Origin: Podarcis filfolensis | Taxonomy: Eukaryota | DNA length: 64,000 nt | Assembly (NCBI GenBank): GCA_964270895.1 | Contig: OZ185437.1 | Strand: one strand, 5' to 3' | Shown here: piece by piece, positions 56,401-63,480 of the stretch | How positions within the stretch are numbered: the first letter of the stretch is position 1 | How the letters are laid out: each line of letters opens with the position of its first letter | Notes under the pieces: model-generated | Told to the model about the DNA's origin: nothing | Databases searched by the model: none | Seen by the model: only the letters and a program-made list of their open reading frames with translations | Translations under genes and position numbers: made by a program

Positions 56401-57638
56401 GTTCACCTGGCAATGACAGGGTTTGAACCCGGCACATTCTGCAGGCAAAATGCAAATTCTGTAACTGAGTCAGTTACAGTGTAACACAAAACTGTAGGTT
56501 CTTAAGTAAAATGCTAAGAAAGCTGAACATGAATGCTTTGTGACTGCTTAGGAGGGAACAGTTCATTTCCAGAGGATTGACAGTTGCCTAGTAAAAAGAG
56601 CATATATTAAGAACATGGGCGATGTGGCACAGTGTGTGCCTTGACTCATCACAATGTGGGAGGCTTCACCTCCACTCATTCTGTGACTCCTTTCTGTGGA
56701 AAATATGTTAGCCTAGAAGAAGAAGGAAGCTTTTTCTTTCCAAAAAGGAAGAAAGATTGCCATCATACAGACCATGCAGCTGTGGGTGTTATCCAGCTGG
56801 TGTTATCCATCAGCAGGAAAGGGAGTGAGGCAATTTTATTTGCCCTGAATGTTCCCCAAAAATCTGTTCTGGAGGATTGGGTAGGCCCCCAGAGCAGCTT
56901 TCAGGGGGCATGGGGATTGCATGGGAGAAGAGGAATTGCCAAAGGTTGCTTCTCTGCTCATTCCGCTGAAGGATGTGCTCCGCCAATGGAGGGGCACCAT
57001 TTTGACACCACCCTGTAAGATCTATTTATTTTTGCATTCTTGGTTTATATATTTCATTTACGTTTCAAAGTTGCATTCAAAAATGAATCAAGATAAGCTT
57101 ACAATATAGTTTTGAAGAAGCAGTTCAACAGATTCCCTTCTTCCATATTTGATAATCCATGATTTTAATTTTGACTCTGCAAGGACCAAGAGTGATAGCA
57201 GACGGTATTTCAGTTCCAAGAATTCCATTTTCAGCAGATGGAGCTCAGATGTAGAGGCAACAAATTCAAACCTAGACATGAATCACACTATAGTTAACAT
57301 TCAATTTGCAGAAAATTATGTTTTCAGGCTGCAAATGCAAAGCCTAAAGGCACATTTAATTTTACATTGTCGTTATTTTGTATATTGCTAATTAGTAGCA
57401 AACTAATGATTATGTTTATTAAGTGAAGAAAATGTGACTTACTGCTCTGTACTAAACATGCTTACATCAAAGTACATTTCATTTAATTCAACAGAGCTTG
57501 CTTTTTAGTAAATATATTTAAGACTGTAGTCTAAATGCTTTTCATTGTCAAGTATCATTTTCCTACTTCTCCCATAAATATGTTCAACATGTTGTTACAT
57601 AACATATTTCCTAACGTTCATTGACAACAAACAACCAC

Positions 57639-57675
<37 letters not shown>

Positions 57676-60600
57676 CAAAATCCACAGCTTATTTAATTTT
57701 AAGCTTTTATCAGTAATAGCCAGAAAAGGCTTTGCAAGATGTTTACAACAACAACTTGTTGTTTCCATAGACAGTAAAAGCCCACTGGAAACCTAAGAGG
57801 CACCGACTTTAACTGAAAATAATGTAAATCAAACAGATCCTTTTATCATTGCAGCATTTAAGAATGAAATATGACTTACCTCTCTGCCATATCATCTAGC
57901 TGTTCTGGTGGAACAGGGACTCCATTGACAAATCGAGCTCTGTGGATCTCCTGGAATGTCTTTTTGTAACCATCCACATTTTTAAGCACATCCTAAATTG
58001 GATATTTTTTAAAGGGAAAGAGAAGGCGAAAAAAGGTTCACCGTAGGCAATTTTAATAAGTACAATTTTTAAAATCTGCACTGATGACTCAGTGTATGAG
58101 AGCATTTGATCACGCTGCTACATTTATATGCGAGGTAAAGCATTTACAGCAGCAAAAGCTTCTACAGAAGGAAAGTGCCTTGTGAGATACTGAGCCAAAG
58201 CTGTGTCTAATAATTCTGGCACATTTGAAAACAGGCAATAGAGGCACTGCCTAAAGCACTTGCAGCTTGAAGGGAACATGTTGCATAAGGTATCTATCTA
58301 CCAATCTCTCATTTGTTGAGATAAAAATCAACAGTTGGCAGCTGTTAACATTTCATGTCTATAATTTTCCACCTCTACCCCAGCACTGCACATTTACTGC
58401 ACTGCTCAAAGCACCTGAACAAATTCTTTCCCCTCTTAAAACCTACAGATTTAGATCCATCAAGTATGTTATGTATTCAATGCACAGTGAACTTTGGCAC
58501 ATGAAATAAGACTGATCAATAAGTATTGTCTGTGTTAGAAGCAGGGGAAGCCGCTAACCCATGCTGATAAATACAAATCAGTATAAGCCTAATAATAACT
58601 CTTCTCTGTAGTATCTAAGCAACAGTACTTCAAAGGTTTAAGGGAGATTACATATTAAAATGAATTACTAGTAATCATCACTTAAGAAATAACCAGAATG
58701 AAAAGATGCTACATGTATCTGTCCTTGGGCTGCCTGAGTGTGGAGGATTTAGTGACGCATAGCCCTTATGTAAACTGACTAGCATAAGGTTGATATAGGT
58801 AAATAAGTAAGCCAACTTCAATTTTTTCACTTGTCATTCTTGTGACAAAATTACTTCAAAATGCTGCTTTTCACAGCCCTTAACTTGAAAGACAACAACA
58901 CATCCAAGTAGATTTACAACAGTAAGGAATCAGAATGGGCTGCTGCCCACAACCACCTGACAGGTGCTGCTGCTACTGCCAACAGCTCTGCCACGTCTGC
59001 CTATTGTGGCACAATGGCTATTGAACTGATGCTTCATAGATGCTTTTTAGTTTACATACTCACTGTGTATAAACATTTAACACAGCTACAGTGGTACCTC
59101 GGGTTAAGAACTTAATTCGTTCTGGAGGTCCGTTCTTAACCTGAAACTGTTCTTAACCTGAGATACCACTTTAGCTAATGGGCCTCCCACTGCGGCTGCG
59201 CCACTGCTGCACGATTTCTGTTCTCATCCTGAAGGAAAGTTCTTAACCCGAGGTACTATTTCTGGGTTAGCGGAGTCTGTAATCTGAAGCGTCTGTAACC
59301 TGAGGTACCACTGTACTTGTACAACTGTACAATGCGTTGGGCTGTGTACAGTGTACTCACGATTAGCTCTCTCACACCCATGCCAACAAATACACAACAA
59401 AGTACTAATAAAGACAGGAACAAGAAACAGAACACAGCTGCAAATTAAACGCAAACCTAATACAAAAAACTAGAGCCTAAATCGGTATAAGGGCAGTGGT
59501 ACTGCCCAAGTAACTAGTAAAACTTTAAAAAAAAGGTAAGGGACTCCTGACAGTTAAGTCCAGTCGCGAACGACTCTGGGGTTGCGGCGCTCATCTCGCT
59601 TTACTGGCCAAGGGAGCCGACGTTTGTCCACAAACAGTTTTTCCGGGTCATGTGGCCAGCATGACTATGCAGCTTCTGGCGAAACCAGAGCAGCACACAG
59701 ACACGCTATTTACCTTCCCGCTGGAGTGGTACCTATTTATCTCCTTGCACTTTGATGTGCTTTCGAACTGCTAGGTTGGCAGGAGCTGGGACCGAGCAAC
59801 AGGAGCTTCCGATCGGCAAGCCCTAGGCTCAGTGGTTTATACCACAGCGCCACCCACGTCCCTTAGTAAGACTTAGATGCAGACAAAACACAAATTAATT
59901 TTATATTATCTTATCCTATTGTCTTATTTTATTTTATTGAATAAGTACGGGCCTGGAATTGAGATATCAGGATGGATTTCAATGTCACGCTATGGTGACT
60001 GTCCCATCAGCACAAGCAGTGCAGCTTGTCAGGTAGAATGATCCCCCCTCTCCTCCCCCTGTTCTGGGGCTTCTCCAACTCCCCGTGGGCCAATTTCAGG
60101 GATGTCAGTGACACAGTGGAAGAGACGGGTGAAAGGAGCTTGCTGACGGCACTCATTAGGTGAATCCAACCCTGAGCGTCTGTTGCGCGCTAGGCAAACT
60201 GACATGACGTGACAATGAAACTGAACATTGGCTTGTGCAACATAGAAACAATTGCAACAGAACAAAAAATGCCAGATGAATGTGCAAATGAATATTGGAA
60301 AGGATTGAGGCATGTTCGTACATCCCTAGGTAGAGAGCAATTCTTGAAACATGCAACATTTGAAGACAACAAAAACAACAAAATGTAATGCATTACAAGT
60401 GCCTGAATGACATTTTCAAGGAGCTGCAGCTGTTGATAAAGAAGCATTCTAAACACTATAAAGTTGGAGATATAATAATTTTAGGAAGTATTTATAATTG
60501 TAAAACATTTCTTTAAAAACATGATCTATCAACTGAAAGTTATGAAATTTAAATGAAACACTGAGGAGGTGGATAGCTCAGTTGGTTAGTGCTGACAATG

Positions 60601-63385
60601 CCAAGGTTGCAGGCTTGATCCTCGTATGGGACAGCTGCATATTCTTGCATTGCAGGGGGTTGGACTAGATGATCCTTAGGGTCCCTACCAACCCTATGAT
60701 TCTATGAGGTAAAGCTTGCAATCAGGAGCATTAAAAATAATTTGAGAATTATACATTCCCTCCTGGCTTGCCCTAAACTGCATGCGGGCAGCATACATGC
60801 AAAGTACCAGTCATTATTTGCAACTGGAGGGCTATGGATATTTCCTATATAGGCATCAAGTCATTCCTCTCCTTCCCAGATGCTCCTATCTACAAGCTGC
60901 TCATGGTCACAGCCTGGCAGGCATCATTAAGCCCTATGCTGATGGCCTCCTAACACATGCAATGATGTACATTTAAATAAATTTAAGGCAGGAATCCTCC
61001 AAGTCCCACTGAACTCAACTGGGCATTCTTCTGAGTAGACATGTATAGGATTTCATTGTTAGTCACATTAGTACAGTTAAAGTAGTCTCTTAAAAGCATT
61101 GGGCAGACATCCGCCAATCTTTAATTTGGAATGGGACCTATTAAGCTAGATTGATTTAGAGGGCATCCACCAGATGCCCCAAATTAATCTGATTTTAAGA
61201 AGGACGCATTTAATCCCATGTCTAAATTCTCCATTTCAGATCTTCCCATCGCAATTCAGCATGAGAAAACCAATTAACTAAATATTGCCTTATGTCATAA
61301 CAAAGAAGAAATTTTTCTTACAACTTTGCAAAGAGATGCCGCACATTTTAATAACAAAAAGAATAAGAAAATAAATCATTAAGATCAAACAATTAGAAGA
61401 CCTTTGTAGAAAGCCCACTTAAAATTGCATAGGAGTAAATAATGGCATTTATTTAATATCACTAATATTGTTTCAATACCAAAGAGAAAATGGGGTGCGC
61501 TTTTTTAAATTAAAACATATTTCATCGGGTTGAATGGAACCAGCCTTCACCTCCCACAAATGGAAGGGATTCTTCTGTCAACAGATCCAGCAAAGGAATC
61601 CCAGTGGCAGAACAGGGGAGGAGGCAATTTTCACTGAATATTCCCTCCCCCTGGAGCCTGCCATAGCCCCGCAAAATATGCAATTTGCTTCTGAGACTCT
61701 GCAGGCCTCCCTTTCTGTTTTGACTGGTGCCCCATTCTGCACTTTGGCTTTTTCATCAAGGCCAGGAAAGATCTCTGCTCTCACAGAAACCATATTCCAG
61801 CCGCTGCCCTTTCTTCTTAAATGCTCTTGACATGGCACCATTCTGGGGTGAAATGACAGTGGTCAAAGCTCCACTGTCAAGCCCCTCCCCTCTACCAAAA
61901 AGGCAGAATGAAGTTAAGAAACTACCACTTGGTTGGCAGGTGGTTTCCAAAACGTTTGGAAACTTATTCCTCCTTGAAATTGCCCTATTTTTTGTCCACT
62001 TATGCTTGTGTTCCTTAGTTTGTGCTTAAGCACTTAAGATATACATTTATTAATAGGGATATAAACAAAGCAAGTGAATGGGTGAAGTTAGAGGGAACAG
62101 AGAAAGCTGGCCAAGTGTTCATTTATCCTAGGCTGCTAACATATTGCTCATGAAAGCAATGTTTCATTCAGGATTCTCTTTTTATTTCAAAGAATGTAGC
62201 AAAACTAGCATAACATATTTGGGCCTCCATTCAGAAAACATGATAGCAAAAGCTGAAAACAGTAAAGGAAATGCACACCCTTCTTTTTTAAAAGTAGGAT
62301 CTTTTTTCTCTTATCGTGAAGATTCCAATCTATTTCAGCCTCCTTCTTTTTACTTAGTTTTTGACAAAAGAACCTAACGCTGCTCATGTTATCAAAATAT
62401 CATCCTACACTGTGTTTTAGCAAAATGTGATAGTTTTAATATAACCGTTATGAAGAATCACACTACAAACCTTTTGATGTTCAAGCTTTCTGTTTATGAT
62501 GTTTGCTGTTTCCTCATGAGCTTGTTGACTGATGATTTCTTCCGTAAGAGAAGCCTCTGCACGATGAAGCCAGGCTCCAATAGTACCCAGAGGAGCAGGG
62601 AGAGATTTATCAAGGTGCAGGTGCCATTCAAATATCTGAAAAATGCAAACATTAAGACTGTTAGTAGCATCAGCATGTATAGTCTGGGGGTATTATTTAG
62701 AGATGTGGGGGGATGTAACGTATTTGATTCAAAAACCCCAGATACACATGAAAATATTGATAAATAATGATGTTGTGAACACAATGCTAACCATATGGTT
62801 TGGCTCCTCCACAACAAGCAGAGGTGTAAGTACATTAAAACATTCTTTATGGATAAGCTGACAGTTGCATTAAACTGAGATTTCAGACAAGTGGCTAGTG
62901 TTGCCATACAATAACAAAATTTTCAGGAAAAATATATATAAAGCAATCTAGTAAGAAACTTGAAGTACCCATACTGTGATACACACCACTCTGCTCCTGT
63001 CAGCATTTCCAGTTCCTGAAATGTACCATCTTTCCTTCTGCACGAAAACTTCTATACCTGTTATGTACTAAGCTTGGATCCTAGAACAATAGGCAGGTAG
63101 GATCCTAGAATGCAGCAACCTGATTGGCCTGCAGGAGCAGCCCAATCAGGCCCCAGGAGGAAGTCAATCAGCCTACTAGGCAGGTAGGATCCTAGAAAGC
63201 AACACTTTGGTATATGGCCAGTGACTGTGCCTTTTTGTGTATGGGCTGTATAACTAGAAGAAGCAGTGAGCAATGGACATGAACATTGCTATGTCTTCTA
63301 ACCAGTATAGTTGCATAGCTGCCTAGTAACTACCTGTGGGGAACATAGAGTAGATTTTAGGGCCACAGAAGGGAGGGTGGGTGGG

Positions 63386-63480
<95 letters not shown>

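Noticed and set aside
58589-58598. MEF2-like CTAATAATAA
   Set aside because: Expected by chance in AT-rich sequence.
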